A DNA stretch of 64,000 nt from Pelagomonas calceolata (GCA_918797485.1 CAKKNE010000001.1:3844001-3908000); one strand, 5' to 3'. Positions 47,168 to 59,013 are shown, numbered from the stretch's first letter. Made by a program: numbers and translations. Notes: generated from the sequence alone by a model not told the origin.

Positions 47168-47758
47168 CTAGCTAGACTTATGCCGTCGTACCTCGCCGGC
47201 GAGTGGTGCGTTCGCACGCAGGCTCATCAAGGACCCGAAGTAGATCCGGGCGACGTCCTGCCAGAGGACGCGCACTGGGACGGGAAGGTTGAACGTGACG
47301 CAATGCGCGAGGGACCAGAACCAGACGCTATCGGTCCAGAGCGCGGGAAGCTGCTCCCGAACTCGGTGGCCGGGGTCCGAGCCCTCGGCGAGCGCCGAGT
47401 AGGTGAGAAAACAAAACAGAAACGGGGGCGCCATCAGCGTCTGGTCGAGCGCGACCTTGACGACCGTCGACCGGATTCGGTACCTTAGCCACATTTTTTC
47501 ATACCATGGATGGAGCCAATGGAGATACGGGGCGTGGAACACGACCGCCCACAGCGCGAGTCGGGAAGACCGCGCCGCGTCCCAGCGAAACGGCTCGGCG
47601 TCGTCGGCGTCGCGCTTCTCGAGTTTCTGACGCATCACATCTGACACTACCATCAATGCACCGCTCGTCGCGCACTTCGTCGGCAGCGGGTGGGTTTCGA
47701 GTGATCTCGCGTAGGCGCGCACGGGCGCGGTGCGCTGCAGGGCCCGCAGGACCATCAT
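47168..47758 (-). CDS. Mpv17/PMP22 family membrane protein
   Basis: Y...LETHPLPTK..TSG.L...SD..Q, KVALDQ. Confidence 0.88.
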   Translation of the reverse strand: MMVLRALQRTAPVRAYARSLETHPLPTKCATSGALMVVSDVMRQKLEKRDADDAEPFRWDAARSSRLALWAVVFHAPYLHWLHPWYEKMWLRYRIRSTVVKVALDQTLMAPPFLFCFLTYSALAEGSDPGHRVREQLPALWTDSVWFWSLAHCVTFNLPVPVRVLWQDVARIYFGSLMSLRANAPLAGEVRRHKSS

Positions 47759-48037
47759 TGTGCCACTCCGCACTGCTGCGCACCGTTCTGCTGTGAGAAT
47801 GCCTCGGCTGCACCACTGCGCTCAAAAAACCATCCTTACGCCACTGCCCCGCACTGCTAAGAGATGCTGCACGGGCCGACACCAGGCTGCACCAGGCTGC
47901 ACACTGCACTAAATGCTCGCAGTCCTGCAAGAGATGCCTCACGGCGCACGAGAGGAAGTATGTTCCACGAAACAAGCTATGCACGCAGTGATGTGGCCAC
48001 CTGGGGTGAGCTACGCGTGTGTCGACGCACGGATTGC

Positions 48038-48061
48038 GCTAGTGTCTTACATGCCGCTAGC
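48038..48061. promoter_or_regulatory. Bipartite CTAG promoter-associated motif
   Basis: GCTAGTGTCTTACATGCCGCTAGC between divergent genes. Confidence 0.6.
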
Positions 48062-48216
48062 TCGCGTTTTTTTGCGTCGGGGCTTCGTGAATCGTGAGCG
48101 GTTGATTGCACACGAGGCGTCTTATACGAGACACCCGCAACCTCCTCGGAGCGGCAACCTTCGGCAAGAGTCAATCATGGCCCTGGCAAAAAGTCTGCTG
48201 TGAAACTAGATTAACA

Positions 48217-49481
48217 ATGAGGCGGCCGTGGCTCACAATCGCGCTCGCCACTCGCGTGATCGCCGAGGACGACGCTATCGCCGCCTACGTCCGCTTCGCC
48301 CGGACGACACTCCCGAAACTTGAAAAAGCGTGGGCGGCGCCGCACCGAGCTGACCCCGTAACACAAAGCAAACGCAGCCGCGTCCTCCTGCTCACGTTCC
48401 CGAACTCGGGCACGTCATACACCATCCGAGCCGCCGAGTGCCTCGCCGACTCGCAGATGTGCTCCTCCTATATCCACGAGTGCGAGAAAAGCCGTATTGT
48501 TGGAGAGCGGCCTCACCACCCGTTTCTGGACCGGAATCCGGAGCTCATCTCGTTTCAGGGAGGGAGAATGAGAATACGGGACCCGGCCAAATTAGAAAAG
48601 GCCATGGCGCTGTATTTTAATGGAAGGCCCGCAGAGCAATTAGTCGAGTTCCAGGCTGTGTGGAAATCAAATTGCAGGCGCCCCACGCCATCGACGCAAC
48701 CTAACTCACTGGTTGATTTCCACACAGGTTCCAAGCCAGCCTCGCGAACCTCACGGCGGCGGCGCCCGTGCGGGAATGTGGAAAGGGCGCCTGGGTGTTA
48801 AGGGACGACAATCAAACTATGTCCGACGCGGCGTCCCCGCTCGTAAAGTGGCACGGCGTAAGTTATGGAGGCGACGGCGACCTACCCGCCTCAGCACTTA
48901 TACGGGAGTTCAGGTATCGGTTCGAGAGAGACGACGACTGGCCCGTTGTGCGCGTTCTGAGGTTGACGCGCAACGTCTTCGACAATTTAGTGGCAAGGCA
49001 TCACCTCGAGTGCAAAGCTAGGCGGCCGACATGCCCGACGGGCGTCGCGACGCGCGAGAACTTCGTGCGAGGCGGTCCGCCCGTCGACGACGGGGGCCCC
49101 CACTTTTTGAGAGATGTCTGCAAGTACATGAAGTGGCACCACCGCGCGGCGGCGATGCGGCGCAACTCGACGAAGCCCTGGACGACGCTGGCCTACGAGA
49201 CGTTGTACGAGGACTCTCCAAAGTACTTCCAGACGGTCTTGGAGACGCTGGGGTTGGAAGGGGACGGCGCCGCGGGCATGGAGAAGCCGGTCCCGCGCTG
49301 CACGATGGACCAGGCGCGACTCAAGACGAGGGAGGTGGCCCGCGCCCAGGGCGTCGCGCTGCCCGTCTACCTGCACATGTTCGACGCGCCGACGATCCGA
49401 CGCATCGACATGCTCGTCGGGCGCTACCTGGACAGCTCGGACAACTTCGCCGCGCCGGACATCAAGCCCTGCATGGAGTAA
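48217..49481 (+). CDS. Secretory-pathway sulfotransferase-like protein; intron 48648-48727
   Basis: Signal peptide; LLTFPNSGTSY (PAPS loop), LVKWH, LTRN.FDNLVAR, LAYETL. Confidence 0.75.
48656..48727. mobile_element. Introner element
   Basis: Perfect 15-bp TIR CTGTGTGGAAATCAA/TTGATTTCCACACAG; TSD GTTCCAGG/GTTCCAAG (7/8). Confidence 0.92.
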
Positions 49482-49487
49482 CAACAA

Positions 49488-50672
49488 CTAGGATTTATTC
49501 AGCCACGCGTCCGGCGCGAGGGCCTCGCACGCACGGTCGACGTGCGCCGCGCTCTTGCAGATGGTGAAGCGCACCCACGTGTCCTCCGCGGGCGGTGTGG
49601 CATAAAAGACCGAGAGCGGCGTGCACACGACACCCGTATCGAACGCTAGTTTCTCGACGAAGCCCATCGCCGGCTCGTGGCAGTTGGCGCACAGGAAGTA
49701 GCCGCCCTCAGGCGGGAACACGTCCAAGCCCCGCGCATTCAAAGCTGCGGCCAGCATCTCGGCGTTGCGGTGAAACGTGAACGGCACGCCGTCGAAGGAG
49801 CCGTCCTCCGCTTTGAGGGCCTCGGCGACGCCCTTCTGCAGCGGCGTCGGCGCGCTGTAGGTCAGCGCCGTGTGCGCGTTCGACACCTTCAGCGCCAGGT
49901 CCCGCGGCGCGAGCGCCCAGCCCACACGCCAGCCCGTGAGCGAGAACAACTTCCCCGCGGACGACAGCGAGATCGTCCGGTCGCGCAGGCGGTCCGCGAG
50001 CCGGTGGTGCGTCCTTCCGGGAAACACGGCGTGCTCGTAGACCTCGTCGGCCACGGCGTAGATGTTTTGCCGCTCGCAGAACGAGGCGAAGGCGTCGATC
50101 TCGGTCGCGGAGAAGACCCTTCCAGTAGGATTGTGCGGCGTGTTTAGCACGGCGCACGCCGTCGTCGCGTCCGCCGCGGCGTCGAGTGCGGCCTCATCAA
50201 GAACAAAGCCGTGGCCAAGCCGCGCGGGCTGCATGACGCCTCCGGCCGCGGCGATCGCAGGAGCGAGAAAGGGGTAGAACGGCTCCATGACAACAACGCC
50301 GCGGCGCTCCTCCGTGAAACACGCTTTGAGGGCTGCGACCAGGGCCTCCTGGCCCGACGTCGTGACCACCACTTCGTCATCGTCGTAGGTCGAGCCATAG
50401 CTCCTCTCGTAGAAGTTTCGGATCTCGTCGCGCAGCTCCGCGAGGCCATTAATGGGCGCGTACTGATTGAGCGCCGGCACGTCGAGCGCCGCCTTCGCCG
50501 CATCGCGCGCCACGGCCGAGCCGGCGAAGTCGGGAAAGCCCTGGCCCATGTTGATCGCGCCCGGCCGCGCGCCGAGCTCGTTCAGCTTCGTCCAGAGGGC
50601 GCCCGTGGAGCTGAGACGCATAAGCACGGCGCGGCGCAGCGGTCGCGCTGCTGTGCGCAGCAGCGGTCGCAT
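49488..50672 (-). CDS. Class I/II aminotransferase (kynurenine/glutamine/methionine transaminase-like)
   Basis: INMGQGFPD, NQYA, LNTPHNPTG, DEVYE, SAGKLFSLTGWRVGW, VRFTICK. Confidence 0.92.
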   Translation of the reverse strand: MRPLLRTAARPLRRAVLMRLSSTGALWTKLNELGARPGAINMGQGFPDFAGSAVARDAAKAALDVPALNQYAPINGLAELRDEIRNFYERSYGSTYDDDEVVVTTSGQEALVAALKACFTEERRGVVVMEPFYPFLAPAIAAAGGVMQPARLGHGFVLDEAALDAAADATTACAVLNTPHNPTGRVFSATEIDAFASFCERQNIYAVADEVYEHAVFPGRTHHRLADRLRDRTISLSSAGKLFSLTGWRVGWALAPRDLALKVSNAHTALTYSAPTPLQKGVAEALKAEDGSFDGVPFTFHRNAEMLAAALNARGLDVFPPEGGYFLCANCHEPAMGFVEKLAFDTGVVCTPLSVFYATPPAEDTWVRFTICKSAAHVDRACEALAPDAWLNKS

Positions 50673-50850
50673 GGCTGCCTTGCACTGCTGAGGCTTGCAG
50701 TGGTCCAGCCGGCAGCGGGCTCCAGCGAGTCGCAGCGATGCTCAACTGTGGCGGCACAGTGGTACGAGCACCACAGCACTTCAAAACGCCGGATGCACGT
50801 CTGTGGCGGCCACACAAAGTGCACGCGCAAGTTGAGTAGCTCGAGCAAAT

Positions 50851-50874
50851 GCTAGTGTCTTACAGACCGCTAGC
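50851..50874. promoter_or_regulatory. Bipartite CTAG promoter-associated motif
   Basis: GCTAGTGTCTTACAGACCGCTAGC between divergent genes. Confidence 0.6.
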
Positions 50875-51045
50875 TACGCCGGCTTGCGCGAGGCGCAGCA
50901 GGCTGTGCCGCCGATCTTGTGTCATTCAAGGCAGCATTCGTGCAACCCTCGCCTCTGCGACGACGTCCTTCCATCGCTTCGCCCGCCACGGCGCTTAACT
51001 CACCAGCATTGTACACCACTCCCTGAAAGCACGCGCGACTCGTCA

Positions 51046-53022
51046 ATGCCCATCGTCGACGTCGAGCTGAAGCGAGACGTGCCACGGCCGCGCCGCGGCT
51101 ACGTGAAATATGCGCTCACGGCTATCGCTGCCGTCTTATTTTTTCACGGCGCCGCGACGTTCGCGCTCCATCGCCACCTGCACGACCAGGGCCACGGCCG
51201 CCACCACAGCATCGATGGCGAACAAGACCGGCCACCACCACCGGAGGAGGCCGACGCGCCGCCGCCGCTGGAGCACGCCCCGGCCGCGGCGGCCCACGCG
51301 GCCGCCGAGCGGCTGAAAGCGAAACCGGACCACAAGCCCGACGGCGGCCGGCCCCAGGCGCCGCCGCCGCGCAAAAAACCACCCGCGAAGACGGCGCGGC
51401 CACTTTCCGGCGCGCAAACACCCGCGAAGACGCCGCCGCGCAAAACACCGAACCTGTGGCAGCCGCCGGCGCGCGGCGTGAAGGTACCCCTCGACCCGCC
51501 GCCGCGGCCGCCGCTCCCAAAACTGGGCGACGGCGTCGCGCTTTTGCGCGCCGACGCGCCTGAGGTCTACGATGCCATCGACGACGCCACCGTGGCGCAA
51601 CGAGTCCTGCCCTGTGTGGAATTCAACCAGTGAGTTAGATTGTGAGCCTCCACGCCATCAAGCCGATGCGGCCACGGAAAAAACGTCGCATCGATGGCGT
51701 GGGGCGCCCGAAATTTGATTTCCACACAGGTCCTGCCGCAGTCGTTTTTGAATAGGGAACGCGCGGCGCAGATCACGAAAAGGAAAGACTTCTGGCCGGA
51801 CGAATCCATTTTCGTGTCTGTGGCGTCCTACCGCGATCCTGAAATTGCGAAAACAGTCGCTAGAGCGTTCGAGCGCGCCGCGGACCCGGACCGCGTGTTC
51901 TTTGGTATCTTCCAGCAAAACGACGAATCCAAGGACGTCGACGCCGTGCGCGGCCTCGCGCCTCTGATACAGTGCCCGGGCCACGCGGCGTGTGGTAGAG
52001 TGCGCAACGGACAAATTAGAATTCATAGAATCGCGTGGAAGGACACGCTCGGGCCGACCGTGGCAAGGCACCTCTCCGAAACTTTATATGGGAACGAGAC
52101 TTATGTTATTTCTTTCGATTCGCATACGAACTTCGCGCACGGCTGGGACGTCATCGCCATCGACATGTTCAAGCGCATCAATAATCCAAGGGCCATCGTC
52201 ACGACGTACCCGGCGTCCTATAGTGCGACGGAGCACTCGGAGCGCTGGAAGGTTTTGGATGAGAAGGGGCCCTGTGTCGAATGTCGGAAGGTCGACGACC
52301 AAGCTAACGTAGATGTGCCCGTGCTCTCATCAAGGCAGATGTCCATTTGCAGAACTAGGAGGGTGGCGGTCGGGCGGACGACGTCTTTTAAACATGACGT
52401 TAACTCGATGCAGCGGCCCCCGAAGCCGACGTTGGTTCCTTTCTTGGCGGCCGGGTTCAATTTTGCGTCGGGGCGGCGCATTCTCGAAGTACCTTACGAC
52501 GCGCACTCGGCGTATTTGTTCGACGGCGAGGAGACGTCGCTCGCGGTCCGGGCGTGGACGCACGGCTACGACTTCTACCATCCAGATAGAGATATTGTAT
52601 CGCACCTCTACATCCCGAACAGGTCGCCGCTGCGCCCCGTTTTTTGGACCCAGGACTGGGGCCAGCGGGCGCGGGTCCAGTTCTGGACGATGCTGCGCAT
52701 CAATTATTTGTTGGGGCTGCACGACCTGTTGGACTACTGGGTGAACGCGACGCTGCTGGACACGCGCGACGCCACGATCTACGGCCTCGGCACGCGCCGC
52801 CGCGCCGTGGACTATTGGTCTTACGTGGGCGTCACACCCGATCGGGACGGCGTCGAGTGGTCGCCGGGGCGCTGCAAGGTCTTCTCGACGACGGGGCTGC
52901 CCGCGTTTCCCGTCGACGCGCCGGGCTCGCACAACGACTATTCAAAATACGCCGAGAGCTTTCCGTCCGAGGCGATGGCCGAGGCGACGGTCGACGCCAA
53001 CTACGCGAGGCAGTTTCTCTAG
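51046..53022 (+). CDS. GT60-family GlcNAc transferase, type II membrane; intron 51604-51729
   Basis: TM + Pro-rich stem; IFVSVASYRD, GP..AR, DSH..F..GWD, FLAAGFNF, LFDGEE...R.WTHGYD. Confidence 0.88.
51612..51729. mobile_element. Introner element (opposite orientation to the 48656 copy)
   Basis: TIR CTGTGTGGAATTCAA/TTGATTTCCACACAG; perfect TSD GTCCTGCC (51604-51611, 51730-51737). Confidence 0.93.
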
Positions 53023-53042
53023 TTTTAACTAATGTGTTGTGT

Positions 53043-54292
53043 TTAACATTCCTCCCTAACAATACCCAGGTCGGCGTCCCAGGGCAGGCTCGCTTCCCGC
53101 GCGGTCCGCTCCATCTCCGCGCGCGACTGGTCTGCGATCCTGTGTGTGCAAATCAACCACTGAGTGCTCGTGAATTTTTCTTTCTTTTCCGCGCAGCCGC
53201 TCACCCGCGCACGCGCACGGAGTCGTGGAGGCCGCGGCCGCCGGCCCGCGCGTACGGGTCCTCGAGGCCAAACGCCACCTGCAACAGGGCGTTGAAGGCG
53301 AGCTGGAGCGCCAACGCGTAGATCACGGGGAGCGCCGGCCCGGTGCCGCCCCGCGCCGAGAGGCTCGCGTACCACGGGCCCGCGAAGATGCCGTGCCAGA
53401 CGACCGAGATCCGCGCGAGTGCGCGCGCACCAACAGGCGTCCGGTACTCCTTGAGCATCGCGACCTGGTGGAAGTGGCACGCGATAATGCTAAGGTACTG
53501 GTCGAGCCGGTGCGCCTCACCGCCGGGCAGGCCGTCGACCTTCAGCTGCTGGACGAGGCGGCGGCAGGCCTGGATCGCGGATCCAACCTCCGACTTCCTG
53601 AGGTACAGCAGGTGATTCAGCGTTTCAGATTCGGAGTGATACGATGAAAGGACATAGCGCGTGCGGTGGCCGCGCGGCGTCGCACAATACCGCGACGCCT
53701 TCTCGGCGATGCGACAGCAGGCGACCAGCGCCCGTTCACTTGCGGCGCCGTCGCTCACGCGCCGCCACGCGCCGTCCTGGAACTTCTGCCATGTGCAGGC
53801 GGCGCCGAGAAGAGCCTCTAAATTACCTAGTAATTTGGAGAAAGCTGCGAGCGCCGCCTCGCGCCGGCTGAAGGCGAATCCAATAAGTGCCGTGATCGGA
53901 AACACGATCACGACGCCCAAAATAGTACTCACCGCGCTCGTGTCGTTCTGAAATTCAAAGAAGTAACAGAGCAGCGTCGACGCGATGGCGATGAGACAGC
54001 CGAAGAAGGCCTCCCATGTGTGGACGAGCCCACCCACGATCCACAGGCTGCCGCGCATGTCCGAGAATACCGCACAGAACGACGATTGGACCGGCGGCGT
54101 CGAGCCGCGCGGGCGCTCCAGCGAGTAGTCTTGCACGCTTATCGAGACGTCGCTCTGCCTTGAGGCCATGGCGCGCTGCGACGAGGCCATGGTCATGCTC
54201 CTGCGCTCGCTGGCGCTCCGCGACGAGGCCATGGCGCTCTGCGACCCTGCAGTGGACATGCTCTTGTGGAAGCTCGCTCCGATCAATGACAT
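53043..54292 (-). CDS. Bestrophin-like membrane protein; intron 53204-53140
   Basis: VFPI...I..AF.RRE.AL, KEYRTP...R, LEDPY...D; a GT-AG intron joins the last exon (IADQ...EEC*). Confidence 0.75.
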
Positions 54293-54680
54293 TTCGACCT
54301 TTGGGAGCTTGGTAATGCTGCTGCGCTAGCTCTGCGGCGTGCACAAGCTGCTCTGGTCACGCCGTGTGCTGCAGCCTAGCAGCGGTCTCGCCAGCACGAA
54401 AGGTCCTTCGCAGTAGCGCTACGTGCCAGAGACACAAAATTTGCAAGCAAATTGATGGCGTTTATCCGTGCTCGGAATTGCGGGCAGATGCGTTCTAGTA
54501 TGTCAATAGACGCTAGCTCGCAGCGCTGGGAAAAACTGACGAGACAAGCGCCTGGGGCGCCAGAGGAGCAGACGGGCTGCTCAGCAGCGCTAAGGCTAAG
54601 GCTTGAAGCAATTCGCAGCGTGAGCCTTAGACTCCTGACGCCCAGCGGCCTCAATCCGACAGCCTCAAGCCGACAGCCTG

Positions 54681-56048
54681 ATGGATCATATGGAGCCCAC
54701 TGCAAAAAGCAGCCAAAAGCCGGCCATCAATGACACCTCCCTCCTGGCCTGTCTCCCGGAGCCGGTCCTCGAGCTCGTCCTCGCCGCGGCGGGCCCCCGG
54801 GCACGCATGCGGTCGGCGCGCTGCTCGCGCGGCGTGCAGGACGCCGCGCTGCTGCCAGACAAGTACTGGCGCGAGGCCTACACGCAGCGCTGGTGGCACG
54901 CCCGCGCGGCGCTGGTGCCAGAAAAGTCCGCGGTCGCGTTCGCGGCGCGCGTCAAGGGCGAGCGGGCCTGCTGCGATCTCCTCGTCGCGCTGGCCGAGAG
55001 CGGCAACCAGCTTACCTGGCGGCAGAAGAACGACTGCGTCGAGCGGGCGGGCGACGACGCCTGCGAACTCCTCGCCCGCATTTCCGCAGCTACCAACGTC
55101 TACTCGGAGCCGCACACGCCGTTCGGCCGCGCCCGCCGCTCGGGCCTGCGCCCGCCGCCGGCACCGGGGTCGACGGCCGCCTGGGTCGCCGTCGTCTCGC
55201 CGCGCGCGGCCCAGACGCTCCGCGCGTGCGGCCAGGCGGGCGTCGTCGGCAACCACGCGCGGGACCTGCTCACGCACGCCCAGACGGCGCGGCTCCGCAA
55301 CCGCTGGCGCCCGGCACCTTCTTTAGAGGAGGCCGCGGCGCGCGTCGCGTCCGCGTTTCGGGTCTTTTATGATGGTGAAGGTGTAGTAAAAGCGCTCGAA
55401 GCGCTGGCGGCGCGCGTGCGTGCGGCCAGCGCTTCGACGGACCAGCTCGCGCTCATACGGGCGACGGAGGCCGTGCTCTTCGACGAGTGCGGATTTAGGG
55501 GAGTCGACGCCGACGAGTACTACGCCGCGTCGAACTCGTTCCTCGACGAGGTGTTAAGAAGGCGCGCGGGCATTCCCATTTCATTGGCGTGTCTGTTTGT
55601 GGCGGTCGCCGAGCGCGCGGGCGTAAAACGGGGCGCGCTGCGGCCCGTGAGCGCTCCCGGGCATTTCTTGCTCGCGTTCGGCGACGACGACGCCTTTGAT
55701 GATGCTGCCGATGTCTTCTTCTCTCGCGCCATCTTCCTCGACGTCTTCGCGCGCCACCGCGGGCCGCGCTACGGCTCGCTTTCGTTTGGACAGGTCGCGG
55801 CCTTCATCGCGCGGCACGTTGGTGTGAATGAGCAGCAGGCCGCTTTGTATTTGCACGACGCCTGCAAGAACTACGCGCGGCCCGACGAGGTCGGCGCGCG
55901 CTGCGCCCGGAACCTCATGCTCATCATGGAGAACGAGGAGCGGCGGAGCCTCGCCGGCTCGGTCGGCATCACGCACGGCGTCCGGCCCTTGGCTGCTCTA
56001 GACATCTATCGCCAGCTCGAGAACGCCTTCCGGAATGGCGGCGACTAG
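54681..56048 (+). CDS. F-box protein with SirB1/transglutaminase-like domain (FBXO21-like)
   Basis: LLACLPEPVLELVL F-box; YY...NSFLDEVL.RRAGIPISL, PGHFL, RNL. Confidence 0.82.
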   Translation: MDHMEPTAKSSQKPAINDTSLLACLPEPVLELVLAAAGPRARMRSARCSRGVQDAALLPDKYWREAYTQRWWHARAALVPEKSAVAFAARVKGERACCDLLVALAESGNQLTWRQKNDCVERAGDDACELLARISAATNVYSEPHTPFGRARRSGLRPPPAPGSTAAWVAVVSPRAAQTLRACGQAGVVGNHARDLLTHAQTARLRNRWRPAPSLEEAAARVASAFRVFYDGEGVVKALEALAARVRAASASTDQLALIRATEAVLFDECGFRGVDADEYYAASNSFLDEVLRRRAGIPISLACLFVAVAERAGVKRGALRPVSAPGHFLLAFGDDDAFDDAADVFFSRAIFLDVFARHRGPRYGSLSFGQVAAFIARHVGVNEQQAALYLHDACKNYARPDEVGARCARNLMLIMENEERRSLAGSVGITHGVRPLAALDIYRQLENAFRNGGD

Positions 56049-56552
56049 ATCCCCTTGTTCCCTCCCCGCCCGCCGCGCGGCCGAAGACGCGCGCGACTCC
56101 CTCCTCCTCCTCTCTCTGCGTATATAATTCATTCTTGTGACTCTGCAGTGAGCCATCGGCGGCGCGCGCCGGCCGCCGGCCGCGAGTCGTCCGCGATCCG
56201 CCCCGCGGGCAATTAACTACCCTTCTATGGGCTATTCAGTGTATTGAAGTGCTTAACAAGGGCGCACGGGGACTCCGCACAAAACCCGAACATAGCCGAG
56301 CTTGATGCAAACGCGTACGCATCGCAGTGGATACGGTGGCTTAGACCGCCGATAAACAGCAGCAGCGTTCACAGAAGAACGCATTCGACCGGTGCAGCGG
56401 GCCCACGACAGCTTCCTTGGCACCCAAGAGAGCCTGCAACCCGGAGAGCATCTTGGCTGCACAGCCGCTACCGCCGTGCAACCCCACAACCTAGCTGTAA
56501 CAGCTCACGCCATCGACGCGACACACGCATAAAAAAAACCGATCGAGCGACC

Positions 56553-57401
56553 ATGCCCTTCGGCAAGAGCAAAGCTCCGATCGTGGACCCCGACGAGTGG
56601 TACGGCAAGTCGCTCGGCGAGACCTTCGGCAATCGCCACTTCCAACTACAATTGGTAGCGATGATGGGCCTGCACGCGGCGCTCTACTACTACTTCAAGG
56701 GCAACCCCAAGTCCGCCTTCCACGCGAACCCGAACAAGATGGGCCACTACGTGCCTTTCTTAATAGCGTTCCAGTTCATGGCGGTCTATGGTACGTACAT
56801 ATGGTTGACGGATACGGACTTTCATTCGATTGATGCGACGTGGGGCTACCACCCCGGTGCGGAAACTATTCTCTTTAGCATGCTGGCCATCCAAAGCTAC
56901 GACACGCCCATATCTTTATGTATTCCGGAATTGCGGCAGATCACCTTTGTATTACACCACGCCGTCGTGCTCTCCCTCAGCATACTATCATTAAGATACC
57001 GGGCGTTCTACTACTACGCTGTGTATTTCTTGGGCGTCATCGAGCTGTCGTCGCCTTTTCTAGCTGTGGTGGATGCCGCTCGGGACTACCCAAAAATCGC
57101 GGACAAGTATCCGATTACGAACGAGATATGTAGAGTGATGTTCGCCATCGTGTTTTATATAGTGCGCATTTTTGGGTGGTTCCCGGTGTCGTACTGCTTT
57201 TGGAGGGATGCGCTCTATTTACTATTTAATAGCGACGCGGCGATGCACCAAATGCCCAAGTGGGTGCCGGCCTTCTGGCTCTTCACGCACGGCTTTTTGA
57301 CGTGCTTGCAGGTGTGGTGGGGCTACCTCATCCTCAAGGCCGTCTACGCCATGGCCACGGGCGACGAGGAGGCCCGGAAGAACGAGGCGAAGAACGCCTA
57401 G
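56553..57401 (+). CDS. TLC (TRAM/LAG1/CLN8) domain membrane protein
   Basis: YD, LHH, ELSSPFL, F...F...R, Q..W...I motifs; multiple TM helices. Confidence 0.85.
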   Translation: MPFGKSKAPIVDPDEWYGKSLGETFGNRHFQLQLVAMMGLHAALYYYFKGNPKSAFHANPNKMGHYVPFLIAFQFMAVYGTYIWLTDTDFHSIDATWGYHPGAETILFSMLAIQSYDTPISLCIPELRQITFVLHHAVVLSLSILSLRYRAFYYYAVYFLGVIELSSPFLAVVDAARDYPKIADKYPITNEICRVMFAIVFYIVRIFGWFPVSYCFWRDALYLLFNSDAAMHQMPKWVPAFWLFTHGFLTCLQVWWGYLILKAVYAMATGDEEARKNEAKNA

Positions 57402-57565
57402 GCGCGCGCGCGGGCGTAAGTGCATATGCTCGATGGCGTCAGTGGAGTTTCCACGCCATCGACGCGACGTCGTCCCCATCATCACCGCGCCTGCTCGATG
57501 GCGTGGAGGTTGCGACGAGAAGGTAAGATAAAGCAGGAGTTAAAACATGGGGCGGGGCCGCGCGA

Positions 57566-57862
57566 CTACTTCACGCTCCCCTCGGTCATCTCGACGTTCT
57601 CGCCGACGGCCTCCTTCTCGAAGGCGAACTTCGTGCCCGAGGGCGGCGCCTTGAAGCCCAGCACTTCCGTCTTGAAGGACTGCGTGAGGGCCGGAAAGAC
57701 GAGCCAGCCGCCGATCATTCCCAGCGGCAGGACCCAGCCCGGGATCACGGCCCGCGCGTAGGAGCCGAGCTCGCTGGCCCGTAACAAATTCACCTTGACG
57801 TCGGGGATCTCCCTCACTTGGTGCCAGAGGCGCGAGAAGATGGACGGGAGTCGCGCGGACAT
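57566..57862 (-). CDS. Small single-TM protein, possibly a cytochrome bc1 subunit (QCR10-like)
   Basis: 98-aa ATG ORF with W..P....GW..FPA helix. Confidence 0.5.
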   Translation of the reverse strand: MSARLPSIFSRLWHQVREIPDVKVNLLRASELGSYARAVIPGWVLPLGMIGGWLVFPALTQSFKTEVLGFKAPPSGTKFAFEKEAVGENVEMTEGSVK

Positions 57863-58146
57863 GGTCGCGGGTTGCTCGTTATTCCAACGCTATATTCTCA
57901 GCGCGCCGCGGCGACGACGCGTGTGTAAATACAGCTTGAGTAGCAGCTGTTTGAGGTGCCGGTGAACGTTGGCGGGGCCGCGCACCAAAGGCAGCTTGAG
58001 GAGCAGTGTGGGCTGGTGGGCGTCGCCGGGCGTCGCGCCGAATCTGTCGTGCGCAGCGCTTCTAGAGATCTCAGAAATTGCAAGCAGCCGCCGAGGTGAC
58101 CTCCAGCAGTTCCCGTTTCCCTTGCCCTGGCTGTTTGTCGAAGCTT

Positions 58147-58170
58147 GCTAGTGTGTTACGGGCCGCTAGC
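58147..58170. promoter_or_regulatory. Bipartite CTAG promoter-associated motif
   Basis: GCTAGTGTGTTACGGGCCGCTAGC upstream of the 57862 gene. Confidence 0.55.
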
Positions 58171-58172
58171 TC

Positions 58173-58591
58173 CTAATGCGAGAGCCAGCCGCGCCCCGGG
58201 GACGCGAAGAGTCCTCCGTAGTCCTCGGGCAAGTGCCCCCGCGACCTCTGGGGATCGCAAACACAAGTTAAGCGGGGAGGGTGTCGCGCCTCACTCGCGG
58301 TGCACCATGCCGTACGTGTAGTTCGAGTCGAACTGGAAGTGGGGGTAATACGCCTCGGCGTTGCCTGCGCGCGGGGACTTAATCGAGGCGCCATAGTCCG
58401 AAGAATTCCCGCGCCGCGCGCGCGCCGCGGACGTCCGCCGCGGCTTTGAGCGCCGCGGGTGTCGGGTAGAACCAGCCCTCTTCCGTGGTCCCGTTGCGGA
58501 AGGTGGACTTTTGGTTGTAACGCCCCGGAGCGGCGGCTTGTTGGGGCTGATGGGTTCCTGCAGAGCCTGCAGTGTCTCGCGGCGGCGCCAT
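58173..58591 (-). CDS. Putative small multi-exon hypothetical gene
   Basis: Three coding-like blocks in different frames separated by intron-like stretches; splice sites ambiguous. Confidence 0.35.
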
Positions 58592-59013
58592 GGGGCTGCT
58601 CGGCTGTGCCAACGACGCGCGAGGAAGAAATGTCGACGACGGCCAGCCGGAAAAGCACAATGTGCTACACAAAAACCAAAAGCCCATGAAATGGCAAGGG
58701 CAGGGGCCTTGGCCTCTCCAAACCCGACCGACCACAACCGACTCCAGCGCTCCGCGAATCAAGGACTCCTCCCGTCCCGCACCGGCGCCTCGAAACGCGG
58801 CCTCAAACGACCCCCCTCAAATGGAAGCGAGCCGCTATCTCAGCCTCTCGGAAGGCAGAGGCGCGCAAATAGCGGCTGTTCCACTGCCCGAGCGCGCATA
58901 CGACCCAAGGACCAATTGGGTGAGACACCCAAGTGTGCATACGACCCGACGAGCAGCCCGAAGATCTGGGGGGCGGGCTGCTCCCGCCCTCATTGGACAT
59001 ATTGTACATAACC

